From positions 388,554,001 to 388,618,000 of the forward strand of contig OZ024740.1 in NCBI GenBank assembly GCA_964016885.1: DNA of 64,000 nucleotides, written 5' to 3'. Under the pieces are notes generated by a model. The model was not told where the DNA came from, made no database searches, and saw only the letters and a program-made list of their open reading frames with translations. Position numbers and translations under genes: made by a program. Within the stretch, counting starts at the first letter, position 1. Every line of letters starts with the position of its first letter. This DNA comes from Eledone cirrhosa. Its lineage: Eukaryota. This document shows positions 37,850-56,662 of the stretch, piece by piece.

Positions 37850-38230
37850 ATATAATCAGCTTGTATCCCCACAGCCCCGCCGGACAGAATGGAGAAGGCG
37901 TTTTCCCGGATGACGGCAAGGGAGACGCGCTGGAAAAGCCACTCCAACACGCGGGGCTCACACCTGCGGCTGGCCAGCTCATCACCTATGGTGGTGAGTA
38001 GGGAGGTATCCCTAGGGCCGAGGACACCAGAAGTCTCCACTGCCAAGAGTACAACCGCAAACCTGTCGGAGAGCGACCGGTATTTGAGGAATATGGCCTC
38101 CTCAGCCCCACGTGCAGCAGAACCTGGGTTAGTGGCTGCAGAAAGTGTCGGCGCAAGTGGCATCCCAAACGAGGGGTTTGCCACCGGGGAACGGGAAGAT
38201 GATCATGTCATCTGGCCTTTTGCCGTCCCC
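37850..38230 (-). pseudogene. 3' fragment of CRE-clade non-LTR retrotransposon (RLE domain)
   Basis: AARGAEEAIFLKY...AVETSGVLGP...WLFQRVSLAVIRENAFSIL matches the AE..K..KY / ETxGxxG / QRLSxAxxRGNA pattern. Confidence 0.8.
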
Positions 38231-38436
38231 CTCGGTCCAGCCCCACCGGCTCGACCTGGGAAGGGAAGCCTGCCGCGTCCTTGTCAAACATAATATATAT
38301 ACACACACACATAAATATATATATATATAACGTTAAGACCCTCTTCCTGCCATTTCAAGTGTTAACCTAATATATTCCTGCCCTATACTGTACCAATTGT
38401 GTTGTTATTTCTGTTTACCTTTTACATATATATATG

Positions 38437-38518
<82 letters not shown>

Positions 38519-38957
38519 CGTATATATATATATACGTATATATATATAAACGTATATACGGATAAACGTATATACGTATATATATATACACACACATATA
38601 TATATATATATAAGTTAGGTTAATCTGAATATCTAAATTACAATTGTCTCTTCATCTACCCGATGAGATACAAACTACTCACCATATGAATATATTAACA
38701 ACTATGTTTACCTGCTTTCTTCTCTTCACCGCGACATTTGATATTCATATCAATAATTATAATTTAATAATAAACTTAATGAACACTGATTATGGGCAGA
38801 ATGAATCGTAAACAACTGATTGCTTGGATATATTCATTGAAGGGACAATATGGCTATCCTTAATTGATAAAGAACTATCTCCTTTGAAAAAGAAATGGAA
38901 AAAGTTAATAAAACTCTGACACCTAATGTTATGAAATTCCAATTAGAATTCCGTGGA

Positions 38958-39147
38958 AAGCGGTGGATTGGCAGTATCGGTAAAGGTTCGGACGCCATGC
39001 TTTTCAGCACAGAGTTACGGCCCTTGCCATTCTAAGTTCAAATCCCGCCGAGGTTAACTTTGCCTTTCATCCGTACGGGCTCGATAAAATAAAGTACCAG
39101 TAATACACTGGATAATTGCTGGACTTGTGCCAAAAGTAGAAACAATT
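38958..39147 (+). mobile_element. tRNA-derived SINE, full length
   Basis: A/B boxes, core and tail. Further copies at 39830-40016 and 40215-40392. Confidence 0.88.
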
Positions 39148-40513
39148 ATGTGCATACAAATAGTTATGATGAGGCAAATGTAAAGACAACTTGAGAAGAC
39201 AGATGACACATTTCATCTCATCAAACAGACAGAATGAATGGAATATAGTTTCACTTCATAACTCAGTATAACCACGGAAGATCTGTGAAATCATGTCGAC
39301 ATGAGACGATATTTTATTTTCTAAATCTAAAAACCACATTATTTCATATTTAAATATTTTCATTCTATCTCTCTAATAAGATAGGAAATACAAAACATAT
39401 TAACTCATTATCAACTATGTGTAAGTTTTTATCTCTTTCGCAGAATACTCTCAAGTAATTTGAATTATTAGTTTTGACATTAATTTAATGAAATCTAATC
39501 ACTTTACATGTAATGAAGCAGAAACGACAAATTGTATACCAACGTTGTAGGAATACACATCAAACGAATATTACAAGAAACATATTTTCACATGATTCCA
39601 CCGTGTAAATATTAAACATATTCTCATAATATTGACATTTTGTCATATTCCACTTGTGTCAACCTCCACACCCATACATACCCCCACCATACACACACAC
39701 ATACTCACACACAAATATATATATTCTAGGGCGGGTAAAATTCCCGAGATCCATGGACGAGTTCTCTCCAGCGGTCTTGAGTATTTTTTCTCTTTCTTTT
39801 TTTCCTTTCCCTTTTCTTTGCATATATTATATTGAATTGACAGTATCAGTAGAGGGTCGGACGCCATGCTTTCCAGCATAGTTACGTCCCTTCATGGTCT
39901 GAGTTTAAATCCCTCCGAGGTTAACTTTGCCTTTCATCCTTACGGGGTCGATAAAATAAAGTACCAGTAATACACTGTGATAATTGCTGGCCTTGTGCCA
40001 AAAGTAGAAACAATTATATTTGTTAGTGTTTTCGTTCTGTAACAATTATATTAAATGAGTTTAAAAAAAAAAAAGAGTTAATAAATAAATAAAGAGTTAA
40101 TGAATAAATAAAACGTTATACCTCTTTTACCCTCCCATTTCCAATTCACAGAACGAAATTTAGTTACTAAATTTAGTACATAAATTATGTAATATTCATT
40201 CATTATTTATTCAAATTGGCAGTATTGGTAGAGGGTCAGACATGCTTTCCAGCGTAGTTACGTCCCTTTACAATCTTATTTCAAATCCCGCCGAGGTTAA
40301 CTTTGCCTTTCATCTTTACGGGGTCGATAAAATAAAGTACCAGTAATGTACTCGGTATTTGCTGACCTTGCGCCAAAAGTAGAAACAATTATTTATTCAA
40401 AGTAATCAAACTTATTTTACTAACTGGATTAAAAGAAATGAACCGTACGCAGTCCTTACTTTATTATAGTTTAGATAAGTATAACTATTATTATTATTAT
40501 TATTATTATTATT

Positions 40514-40642
<129 letters not shown>

Positions 40643-40814
40643 TGGATATATATATATATATATAAAAGAGAAAACACAGGTAAGCATTAAGAGAAGGATT
40701 TTATCCAGGTATTTACGACCGTTTCATTGGTAAGTGCAACCTTATATTGCTATACTGCAAATAGCAGCCACTCAATTATAATTGTTGTTCACAGTCCAGC
40801 AATTTTCTGCTTCC

Positions 40815-44150
<3,336 letters not shown>

Positions 44151-44187
44151 GTTGGTGCTGAAAAGTTAAAAGAGGAAAAGAGATCAC

Positions 44188-46133
44188 TCACACTTCGATT
44201 TCCATGGGGGTGTTGGAGGGGTTGTCTGGACGGGTGGTGGTTTCCGGCGGGGTGGGGATGCAGATGTTTGGTGGGGTGGGGTCTGGTGGGATGGGGGTGT
44301 CTGGGGTGGGGAGGCATTTGAGAAGGATGCGGTTGAGTGGTTTCACGCAGGAATTCCCCACATCCTTCTCAAATGTTTCTTTTAGGGACCTATAAGTTTG
44401 TATAGGGACCCTAATCAGTTTTAGGTTCAGTTTTTTGCTATTTTTTATAGAGTGGGCGAAAGTTTTACCTTCGGTGAAAACCGAAGGGTCGTTCGTGATG
44501 GTCTCCATTAGTGTTTTGTTTTCAGTGTTTATGTAAGTGTAAGTGTAATTTTCTTGTGTTGTGTTTGTTTTTGTCTGTAGTTCTTGTGTGTGCTTTCGTT
44601 TTGTTGTAGGTATTTTGTTTTCAGGAGGTGGGGGTTTTGTTTGTGATATTTTTGTTGTTTGTGTTGGTGGTTGTATGTTTGTGGTAGTGTTTGCTGGTTT
44701 TTTTGCTTTTGTGATGTCTTTTCTTTCTTTTCGAGCGATGGGGTTCTCCCTCGCCTTCACTGGGTGATGGCGAGATAGCCTCATCTGTTGTATCGTCTGT
44801 GTGATTGGGGAGGGGTATGTCTTGGGGAGCTGTTGTGTCTGTTATGTGATTTTGCAGTGGTTTTAGGTGGAGTGGGGTTGGGTGGGACTGTGTTTCTTGT
44901 GTTTATTTTTGTGTGTTGGTGTTGTTGTTGTTGTGGTGGTGTTGGTGCTTGTGTTGTTTTGATGGGTTTCGGCAGAAGAGCCTTTTTTTGGTTCATTAGT
45001 TTAGGACAGGAAGCCCTCAGGTGACCCCTGCTAAAGCAATGGTAAGAGGAAGGCCGCCTACCCTCAACCGAAACGTTTATGTAGGTGAGTCCGTCCAGGA
45101 GTACACGCTGTGGGATCATAGCTATTCGCTCTGGGCTCATTTGCACCAGAACTTCAATGCTAGTCCCATTGAATACATCTCTGAGGGACTTTCCTACTGA
45201 CAGTATTCTGTCTTCATCAAAATTGATGAAGCCGCACAGTATCCACCATATGTTCACATTTGGTGTGACACTTGTGATTCTGATCTTTTGTGTCCTTTTT
45301 CCCATGTATGTAGGGAAAAAGGTGTACAGGTTGGATACAATTGGCGACATAGAGTAATTTTGGGCCGTCAATTGATCCTTCATGAGTACCGAAATACTCC
45401 CAAAAAGTTTGCTTCTTTGAATGAATGCAATATCATTCATTGAATCTTTGAAAACCAGTTCAATATCTTTCTGTGACAATTGGACTGGTTTTCGGGTAGA
45501 ATTGGAAACTGTCCTAAAAACTATCGTTTTAAGAGCAGTTTCCTTGCAAATTTCTACCGGAGAATTGATGCTGAAAGCACCATTTTTATCGAAAGTGACA
45601 TATCTCTTAGCGTCCTTTAAAAGGTGTTCAGCATTTGTTATGTCGAGATATATCAATTGTTCTTTCTTTTGAACTTTCTTCGCAAAGGAGATTTTTGGTT
45701 TCTTTGTGGAATCCGTATTGGTGGTGTTGTCATTATTGTTGTTATTGTTGTTGTTATTCTTGTTGTCACCGATGTTGGTATCATCCGTATTTTCCTTGGT
45801 GTTGTTGTTGTCTTTGCTGCTGGTGTTATTGGCGTTGTCTTTATTTTTTTTCTTTGTTGTTGTTATCATTGTTGCTTTTATCATCATTATTGGTTTTGCT
45901 GTTATTTTTGTTGTCATTGAACTGTTTGGTGTCATTTGAGTTGTTTGGATATGAATTCGTTTTTTTTATTTTCATTTTGTCTTTCCATCTCTATAGTATC
46001 TAGTGAAGAAGACGTTGTTGACTGCGATCTTTGTAGTCTTACCGCCTCTCCACCACTATTATCGTTGGACGCAGCGTTCATAACGTAATCAAAATTTTAC
46101 CATATCTTTTTCCAAGATTCGATGGAGAAACAT
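44188..46133 (-). pseudogene. LINE ORF1 (gag-like, degenerate CCHC knuckle, Pro/Thr-rich tail), frameshifted
   Basis: VEGRRPSSYHCFSRGHLRASCP, directly upstream of ORF2. Segments 44781-45935 and 44188-44784. Confidence 0.8.
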
Positions 46134-46729
46134 TTTTTAAATGGATATTCCGCCCCTGAAGGGGCGAAAATGAGTTGACCCACCAGCTGAAGGTCCAGAC
46201 GGGTGGTCAAGTTACACAATGATATAAAATTTAACTAAAAACTCACGTTTTTTTCTTACATAAATTAACGGAAACTTCTCCGCGAAGTTACACACGTCTG
46301 ATAGAGAGATAGATAGATAGATAGATAGATAGAGTATGATGTAAGCATTGTATTGTCTAGTCTGATATATCCACATTCATTTTCTATTTTCATTAATTAA
46401 TTAAAATTGGTTATATTTATATTTTTTTCAAACGATACGATGTCTCGTGATTAATTGAATATGAAATTAACTAAATTATAGAGAAATATGAGTTGAAAGA
46501 AAGTTTTCGAGATGAAACAGGAAGTATTTTTAAATGTTAACGTCTGTGTTTTTTTATGGAATAAATATAATTAATCTTCGCAATAATATTTATTTACTTA
46601 TTTATTCCAGAATTATTTATAGTTCTATAATAGTTAAGAAAGTTGCACAATAATGTGATTTCAGTAAATGAGTTGCAGTAAATACAAGATAATATTGAAA
46701 TACACGGATACAACTTTTAATATTTCTAA

Positions 46730-47195
46730 GCGACGGATTGGTAGAATTGACAAAAGGTCAAATAAAATGTCATTGCAATATTTGGTCTGGCTCTTTACAT
46801 TCTGAGTTCAAATCACGCTGAGATCAACTTTGCCAAGTCTCCTTCCGATGTCGATAAAATAAAGTACCAGTGAAGGCTTTGTGCCTAAATTGAAAATCAA
46901 TATTTATAGATCATATAGTATTTACGCAATCCGTATAACGTCGACCAAAATATTGTGATATTTAGTTGCGACACTTTACTTTGTTAATATTCTAGGGTCG
47001 ATAGAATAAATAGAAAAACATCCAAAGCATATTGCCTTGTACCAGAATTAGTCATCAATATTATTAGCCCCTTAGCGGTCTGAGTTCAAATCCCGCTGAG
47101 GTTAACTTTGCCTTTTATCCTTACGGGTTCGATAAAATAAAGTACCAGTAATGCACTGGGATAATTGCTGGCCTTGTGCTAAAAATAGAAACAAT
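46730..47195 (+). mobile_element. Cluster of decayed/truncated SINE copies
   Basis: Core motifs ctgagttcaaatc / gtcgataaaataaagtaccagt at 46800-46870 and 47080-47195. Confidence 0.75.
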
Positions 47196-48601
47196 ATTAA
47201 TATATTTTTTGAGTTGATAAAGTTGGGATTTGTTGAGTTGATGAGTAAATATTACATCGCATTTGTGTAACGAACTGAAATGTCCTTCCTAATAACACAT
47301 TGATGTTGGAGAGTAATGTTGTTAATTGTTTTAGAGGAATTAATTTAACTTCTAATTCAATGTGTAAAAATAATTAAAAAAATAATTAGAAAATTTAACG
47401 GCCTTATCAGAGGAGGGGTAAGGTCATACATATCTCATCTCAGAGCTTCCGTGACTAATGAGATGAAGAGCGAAAGATTTAATGTAACACGAATAAAACA
47501 TTTGGACCATAAATCTGGCCTAAAATCGATCTTTCAGTATAGCATGATCCTATAAAACGGATGAAAGCGTAAATCTAACATTCAGAGAAAAAAAACGAAT
47601 TGTTTATATGCTAAATTTATATACAGTTTCCCTCTGCTATATTATAAATACCAGTAATGTCCTAAATCCATTATATCGTATGTATCCATTCCTTAGAAAT
47701 GTGTATGCTTTTGCGTAATTTGAATAGGATTTTATATTTATATTAACAGTAATGTTTTTTTGTCAGCATTTAACTTTCTAAAGAAGCCATTTTAATAAAA
47801 TGAAAAAAATCCACTAAGTCGCGTATCTTACTTTCCTATGTTACAGAAATAAATTACGCATTTTTTTTTTTTTCTGCAATATTGGAAAATGAAATTTTAG
47901 AAGAATATTTTATATATTTTCGTAATTTTGTATGGTCTCAGTAGATTCTAAATTTAATAAAATTCTTCTTTTTTTATTTTTCTCATAAAATGATTCTTTT
48001 TGTTTTCTTTTTCTTTTTTTTTTTCTTTTTCTTTTGCACACAGATAAATTCAATGATAGTTCACATATTCCTGATTTTTAACATTTTAACGGCATCTGAA
48101 AATTCATATATTTTGTTTGTTTTTCTTTTTATTCTTTTTCACTTTTCATTTACAAAGCCAAACATATGGATCAGTTGTAAGAAAGAATGATGAGTATGAA
48201 ATCAATAATAAATGTTGGTATTGAAGTAATGAACATTTGCTGCACAATCAAAGAAACAGTATAGTGAGTTATTGTCTGCTTCAGCATGTGGCTTTGATCC
48301 AAATATTTATGCCTATTCATTTTGAATTTACTATATTGATAGCTTTTTTATGTTAAAGCAATTAAATCTTGTGTCACTACATTGAATTAGATGTACAGCT
48401 CGCTGAATCAAACCATACTTATATCCTTTGTCATGGGTTGCATTTTGTTTTTTTCATAAGCGACAACAAAGATACAACCAGTTACGTCCCTTGCTTTAGA
48501 TAAATGTCACCAGCGACAAACTGGTGTCATAAAACTTAGCGACAAACAGGGAACATATAACTGAACACAACATATAACAAGGTGTGAGAAAAAATGCGTA
48601 G

Positions 48602-48632
<31 letters not shown>

Positions 48633-49303
48633 GGGGGGGGGGGTTGGGGGTTGTGTGTGTGTGTTAAGAGATATATATGAAAGCATATACAATATATATT
48701 TAAAATATTCATATATAACTTTCGCTATGGATGTTTTAAAATGTGGTCATGTCACAGCTACATCCGTAGAAACCTTTCACCACCCACTCGCACTTGACCC
48801 ACTGCACTCATTTTCAAATACCTTAATAGGGTTCTCCTTCCTCGACTCACCTCCATTCACTCTTACATCCATGATACTAACCATGTAACGTTCGATAGAA
48901 TAAGTCTTAATGTTTCGAACTTTATTCTGTCAACGGAATAGAGAATGAGAGAAACAGAAGAGGATATCTGGAAGAGAAACAAGGGTATGAAAAGTAAGAA
49001 AAACGGGACGAAAACATTTTCAGTCTGAAAACACCTGTGTAGTTAATCAGACGTTTGGAAGATGTGTGTGTGTGTGTTAGTGTGTACATGTGTCTCTTTG
49101 CGCGTGTATGCACGCATGTATATAAATAAAATGCTGATAGTAGTGTTTATCCCCGTAGTCATAGATTTGGTGAGGGAGGATCGAAAATTGAATACCGGTA
49201 TCTTAACATAAAATGTTGTAATCAAGGAATTATTAAATTAGAGATTTTATATTACACACCCCGTCACTTTTACCGGTATTATGGTAATATGTATGTATAT
49301 GTA

Positions 49304-49416
<113 letters not shown>

Positions 49417-49579
49417 GATAAACAGAAATAACAACACAAACGGTACAGTATATGGAATATATATAAACTAATGCGGTATAATTCTTTTTCGTACCTCTCA
49501 CCATATTGCAATTTTGGGCGTCTTATTCTTTTCAGTCACCTATCTGCTACTTTCTCATACCCGAGAGGAATAGACTTTT

Positions 49580-49808
49580 TAGAGGCGACCTTTACTCGCC
49601 TTGTCCTAGCTACATCACTAGGTTGTGAGCGTTTTCTTGGGAGCAACAGGTGTCACCTCTTGCTCCATCTCCCTTAGTAGTTTACAACTGTTGGTCTGGG
49701 ATTGTTTATTCGTCCAGCAGCTTCCTGCGTATATCGCAAATAACCCTCATATTTGGTGGCCGTATCGCTATCAGCCACTGCGACCCGTTCTCTAGCTGAA
49801 CAGCTCAG
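49580..49808 (+). repeat. Unclassified interspersed repeat (copy 2)
   Basis: Aligns with 5195-5395 (-) and 57306-57484. Confidence 0.75.
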
Positions 49809-49941
49809 CGGAGAAGCAACTTTACTCAATATACTGCGTAGCTCGGAGATCAGAGCACTATTTCATGCTCTCTGTTTCGCTTTCGGAATCCTGTAACCAA
49901 ATTTCTTTGTGCTGTTACATTTGCTGTTGTTGGTTGAGTTT

Positions 49942-50240
49942 GATGAGTTCAAATCTCGCCGAGGTTAACTTTGCCTTTCATCCTTACGGGGTCGATAAAA
50001 TAAAGTACCAGTAATGCACAGGGGTAGTTGCTGGCCTTGTGCCAAAAGTAGAAACAATTATTTATTTTGTCGTAATTACTGCCCTTTACGTTCTGATTTC
50101 AAATCCCGCCAAGGTTAGCTTTGCATTTTATCCTGACGAGGTCGATAAAATAAAGTACCAGCAAGCACTGGGGTCGATTTAATCGACTTTCTCCTCCTCT
50201 TCAAATTGCTGGCCTTGTGCCTAAAGTAGAAACAATTATT
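49942..50240 (+). mobile_element. Two tandem 5'-truncated SINEs
   Basis: Two family cores, each ending agtagaaacaatt. Confidence 0.85.
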
Positions 50241-50843
50241 CATTTTGTCATAACTGGAAGCTATACATACATTGCTCCAGGTTAGGTGTATTAGAAAAGG
50301 TTATTTGGAACTTACTTCTATCGAGATATCTATGTTGAGAGAGAAATTATGTTTTCAATATAGAGAAAATATATTTTAGCGATGGGTGTGATTACTTCTA
50401 GGTCATGGTTGGGCTGAAAAAAAAAAAATTTATTTTTATATTCAGTGTATTCAATGCCTCTCTTGGTAGAATATAAAGGATTTGTTTTCCTTTGAAGGCT
50501 GAGATTATTAAGGTAAGACCGGATGTTATTCCATATGCTAATATTTTTTGCCTTGGCTGCATTTATTGCTCTCGGGAAATGTCGGCGCTTATACATTGTC
50601 AAGGGTGTTTTAAAGAACTTTGGAGAGTATTGCTAGACTCGGTATAATTATTGTTAGAGATTTTCAAGTATATTATCCGACTCTATTAACGTAAAGCTTT
50701 CAGACACGACTGCACTGTAATGGCTTCCTAAAGCCATTCACGTTTCATACGCCACAATGTTTGAAACAAACTACAGCATATAGTATATATATATATATAT
50801 ACTCTTTTACCTTTCCCAGTTGACAGACTGATGACATACATAC

Positions 50844-51790
<947 letters not shown>

Positions 51791-52292
51791 GTATCTCCTC
51801 TCATTATGATTGACTTCACCTTTGTTAATGTGACATTATTTGAAGTAATATATTAATGTCGATCAAATATTTTATCGTTTGCAAATTTCTAGACATGCTT
51901 CGGAGTTAAAACCAGTGACTTAGCAGAAAAGCTGGAAGTTAGACTGAATTAATTGACATATTTATTAACGTCTTTTTATGGCCTGAAAGAAAATCTTACC
52001 ATTCTTATCACATCTCCCATCCCCACATGGCGAAACTTTAAGCATAATCAAGGTAACGTTGTCAACGAATAACCTATAATCCTATAAAATATCAACACTA
52101 CTTTTGTGCTAAAAGTAGACAAGTCTTTTATCCTATTTTCAAAACAAATATAATCTCTTTTATTCCATCCTTGAAAAAAGCGAGAGAAACATAAAGTTGA
52201 AGAGCAAGCATACACACACGCCCAAATACATACATATGAACGTCTGATTTATAAACGTTGAAAGTGTAATTTGAACCGAATTTTAATGTTTA

Positions 52293-52884
52293 CTAGCAGT
52301 GGTACCAGGCGTTGCACGGGATAAGGTATTGTGAAATATAAAACCGCTTTAGCTAAGCTTAGTATTGCCACAACCACGGCTGACAAAGATGCAAGGGTCT
52401 GGTGGTACGTAAGTAAGCAACACTGTGGCTTAAAACGTGAGGAAGAAGTTGTGTGCACTTACCAACTGTTTGGGGAATGAGTGTGAGATTTGTCTTGAGC
52501 AAGGGTGGCAGAATAACCGGAGGCAGCAGACAGTCAGACATACAGACAGATATTATAACGACGTGTTCTGGACGCGGAGCGAATTGTAGGAAGTGACGTA
52601 ATGCAGACAGCCAGACATACAGACAGATATTATAAGGGCGCGACGTTATATGTATGTATCTATCTAAAAAGAGAAAGACTAAGAATTATAGAGAGAGATC
52701 GCTAAAGCGCCTAATGCTGTACCTAGGGCATTGAAAATTTGAAATTCTTTTTGCTCAGAACACTCCCTGAAACATAAGTTTTACATGTGTAAAGTTTGAA
52801 AATAGTCGGTTGGGTGCTTCTCTAGTTTTAGGGATTCAAACTCACACACACACAGACAGACATCCTCAGTTTTATATATATAGA
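52293..52884 (-). mobile_element. Non-autonomous Helitron
   Basis: 5' TCTATATATATAAAACTGAGG and 3' CCCGTGCAACGCCTGGTACCACTG-CTAG|T. Homolog of 17826-18307. Confidence 0.87.
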
Positions 52885-53530
52885 CTAGCAGAATGGCCCG
52901 GCGTTGCTCGGGATTTGCTCTAGGGTTCTTATATACTTGATATATATCGAGCCTCGTGAAATAAATACGTTTATTTATATTTTGTTATTGTGTATGCAAA
53001 AATATCTGTACACGAATATATAATTATATATATATATATATTAAAATAACAGATTACAGTTTAAGTAAAGAATCACTGCTTTCACACTTAACGGGATCTT
53101 CTGAAGCTAAAAAAATCAATCTGTGAACGCAGAAAATGAATCGCTGCTTTCACCCTTAACAGAATCTTCTACCTAAAAGCAGTATGAAGTACACTAAGAC
53201 TAACTGATATAATCGTTGGCCTTGTTTGTTTATATTTTGTTTTTGTGTAGGAAAAAATATCTGTCAGTGATGCATGTGATTATGTAATCGCCAACCTTGT
53301 TTGTTTATATTTTGGTTTTGTGTATGCAAAAATATCTGTACACGAATATCTATATTAAAATAATATATTAATGTTTAAGCAAAGAATCGCTGCTTTCAAC
53401 CTTAACGGGATCTTCTGAAACTAAGAAAATCAATCTGTGAACGCAGATGTAAATATTTCGAAAAACGTTGCAACCGAAGGAAAACAGGAAGACGATACTT
53501 TGGTTCGTGAAGACGTTCCCTGGCATAAGA

Positions 53531-53561
<31 letters not shown>

Positions 53562-53885
53562 ATATATACATATGTACACACACAGACTGATCGCGTCATA
53601 ATGTCGTAATGCAGACAGCCAGGCATACAGACAGATATTATGAAGGCGCGTCGTCATATCTATGTATCTATCTAAAAAGAGAAAGACTAAGAGAAAGAGA
53701 AAGAGATCGCTAAATCACCTAAAATGGTCTCTAGGGCATTGAAAATTTGAATTTGTTTTTGCTCAGAACACTCAATAGGACCATAAGTATTACATGTGGA
53801 AAGTTTGAAAAAAACGGTTGGGTAGTTCTCGAGTTTTAGGGAAACAGATACACAGACAGACAGCCTCTGCTTTATATATATATAT
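52885..53885 (-). mobile_element. Second non-autonomous Helitron, head-to-tail with the previous one, carrying foreign repeat fragments
   Basis: 3' CCCGAGCAACGCCGGG hairpin + CTAG. 53600-53880 is homologous to the 5' half of the other Helitrons. Internal pieces match the 24027 family. Confidence 0.8.
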
Positions 53886-56662
53886 TAATAATAATCACTT
53901 AGAGGTTAGGTTTGCCATCACTTAAATATATTGTTATTAATGGGAAATATACGAAAAGGAACTTATTAAAAACATAGACGGAGTATCATCTTTAATCTTC
54001 AGTTGTTTGTTTATATAAATTATTGGAATGGACCTAGGTCGATTTGTACGGTGATGTTCCAGTTGTTCGATCAACGGGGAATCTTGCTCCATGAAAGTTA
54101 ACGGGTAACTGGCTGGGCATTCGACAGATATGTATACTCTACGTATTTCTCGAGGAGATTCAGCATGACACAGGATGTGCTAAAATTTGTATTACATATA
54201 CCGTCTATGAGACGGGCTTCCAAACAGTTTTAGTCTATAGAATTACACTCTTAAGGTGGGGTTTTGACTCGAAGCTTCCCCAATAGTCCACGTACTATAA
54301 TTGAACCAATTATTGCGAATTTAACTTCTGAAACATTCGATCATGAAGCGTCTATATAAATGTTCAGTGTACAACGTAACTATGTTTTCGGAGTAATTTA
54401 TCTGAATAATACATAGTGACCTTTATCAAATTAGCAATCTCCATGTTTTTTTAAGAAATACTTAATTAAATTTCGAAAACATGTATATATAAAGCTGCAT
54501 TTAATTATATTCACATCAAATTGGTATAATGAGAAAATGATTTGTTACAGATTACTGTAACTCAAATAAGTTTTACTTCTCTAATATAATTATATTTATA
54601 TCAAAGTCGCTGCTAAATGTCTTGAATCAGTCAGTTGAGAAATTGTAATTAAAATTACTCACTTTCTGTGTTGAAACTATTATTATCTTAATGATTTATT
54701 ATGTCAAAAAATGATTTATTATGGTAAAAATTGTCAAAAGTCAACAGTCGGGAATTGATGCTATCTGATCTGACAACAATCAAAAGCAGACTGTGCCATG
54801 AAATCGCTAGGCATGTTTTAAAGACGTTTTAATCTATAGTTTAGAAAAATATTTTAATCTATAGTTTAAATCATGCTGAGCTCAACTATACTTTTCTTCC
54901 TTTCGAGGACTGTAAAGAAAGAACCAGTCAAATATTGGCGTTGATTTTGTGGTCTTGATATAATAGAGGATCGGAAAAAATATTTTGCTGTGTTTCGGAT
55001 CTGGTCATTCTTAAGTATATCTGATCTTGTGTCTATAGGATGGATTATTAAATGTTATTTATATTATATGTACATAATTTAGATACGTATTTCGGCAAAT
55101 ACACTATATTATGTCTAATCTCTCAGCTTCCAGTGTTCGAAACTTAGTATCAATTACAAACTGATGGCTATTCTCCTTCCACTTCATATTATTTTACCTT
55201 TTTATAATGTTGTTTTCTTGTCGCCAATTGTCAATGTATAGTGGTGTGATTTTAATTCACTATATACTGTAATAATATTAGTAGACGTTTTGTTGTATCA
55301 TACAAGACATACCTTTTATGGTATCTCGTACAAGTAACAAGAGATCTTAGGTAGAGAAACTCATTTCAAATGCGTGATGTTACAGATGGTGGAGTGTCTG
55401 CCTACTATTAACTTATTATATTCAGGGTTTATGGAGAATTTTTATTTTAAGGTACAAAGATTAGGACACTAGAATACAAGTAATTTGTTATTTAAAAATA
55501 AATTCTGCTTGAAATTCGACACCATATTTCTCCGTAACTTTCTATTCCCTATTGTCTATGACCAGATATATATTTTAAGATTTACCGCTATTTGTATAGA
55601 TTAACAATAAAAGCATCAGTCTGTCGTATAATGTTACATGAATTACAAAGACTGTTGTCAACAAAGTAAATCGAAAATGCTTAATTAAAAAACGTTTGCA
55701 ATATGTGATTTGTAATCCTCTATTAGCATTATTTCAGTTATCCCTCTGTTTTTAATATTCAATTATACTGAGGATTAATGATGAAATGTGTATATCAACC
55801 GAAGTAGCGTCCTTTTGAGTTTGCCATTAGTGTTAATATTTGCTGTTAGTCTTCGTAATTCCTTAACCGTTTTAGGAACGAACAACCTAAAATCCTTTCA
55901 TAATAATGGTTTCTTATATAGGCACAAGGCCATCAATTTTAGCACCGTGTAGTTGAGGAATTTGACTTCTGATAAATTTATCTTTTCACTCGGGTTTTAA
56001 CTAAGTAGCATAAATGTATTCGTCAGAAAACTGGAAAAGAACTACAATATCTCATGATGGTTAGATATTTATAGGTTCAAATAAGATGGATTATCTCTAA
56101 TCGTGTATTTTCATGTAGTCTGTGGTAAGATTTCATTCCATGGCCCTGTCCATTGAAACACAGACTTAGTCTCATACATGTCATAGGAACCCTTTAAAAC
56201 TCGAGATAAATTCAGCACGAGTTAGTTGAGAATGACTATGTTCATTAATTATATACCGAAAGATATAGAAAAAGCAGCATTGAAAACAAAAAGAAAAAAT
56301 AGATTCGACAACTTAAAGAATTGCCTCTGATCACCGCGAGAAGATTTACTATGCATAATTAAGTTGTCACCAGATACAACATTGAGCTGTAAATGAACAA
56401 AATGAATAAAAACAAAAGCAATAAATTACAATAAGAATATCGATCATTAATATTTCATTAAATACAAAATAAAAAAAAACAATAATACAAACCTTTAATT
56501 AATATCCCGTTAATGAATTTCAGTTTGTTTACATAGCTTTGTTTACATCTGTAAATGTTAGATATGTGTTCTCATTTATTTAAATTAGCGAATTATTCCG
56601 TAATTCCGAGATATGCCAAATATAATAAACTACTGATAAATACATACTGGCTTACCTAATAT

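Noticed and set aside
53900-56640. Host exon in the repeat-poor stretch
   Set aside because: No ORF of 60 aa or more and no recognisable peptide. Small exons cannot be excluded without RNA data.
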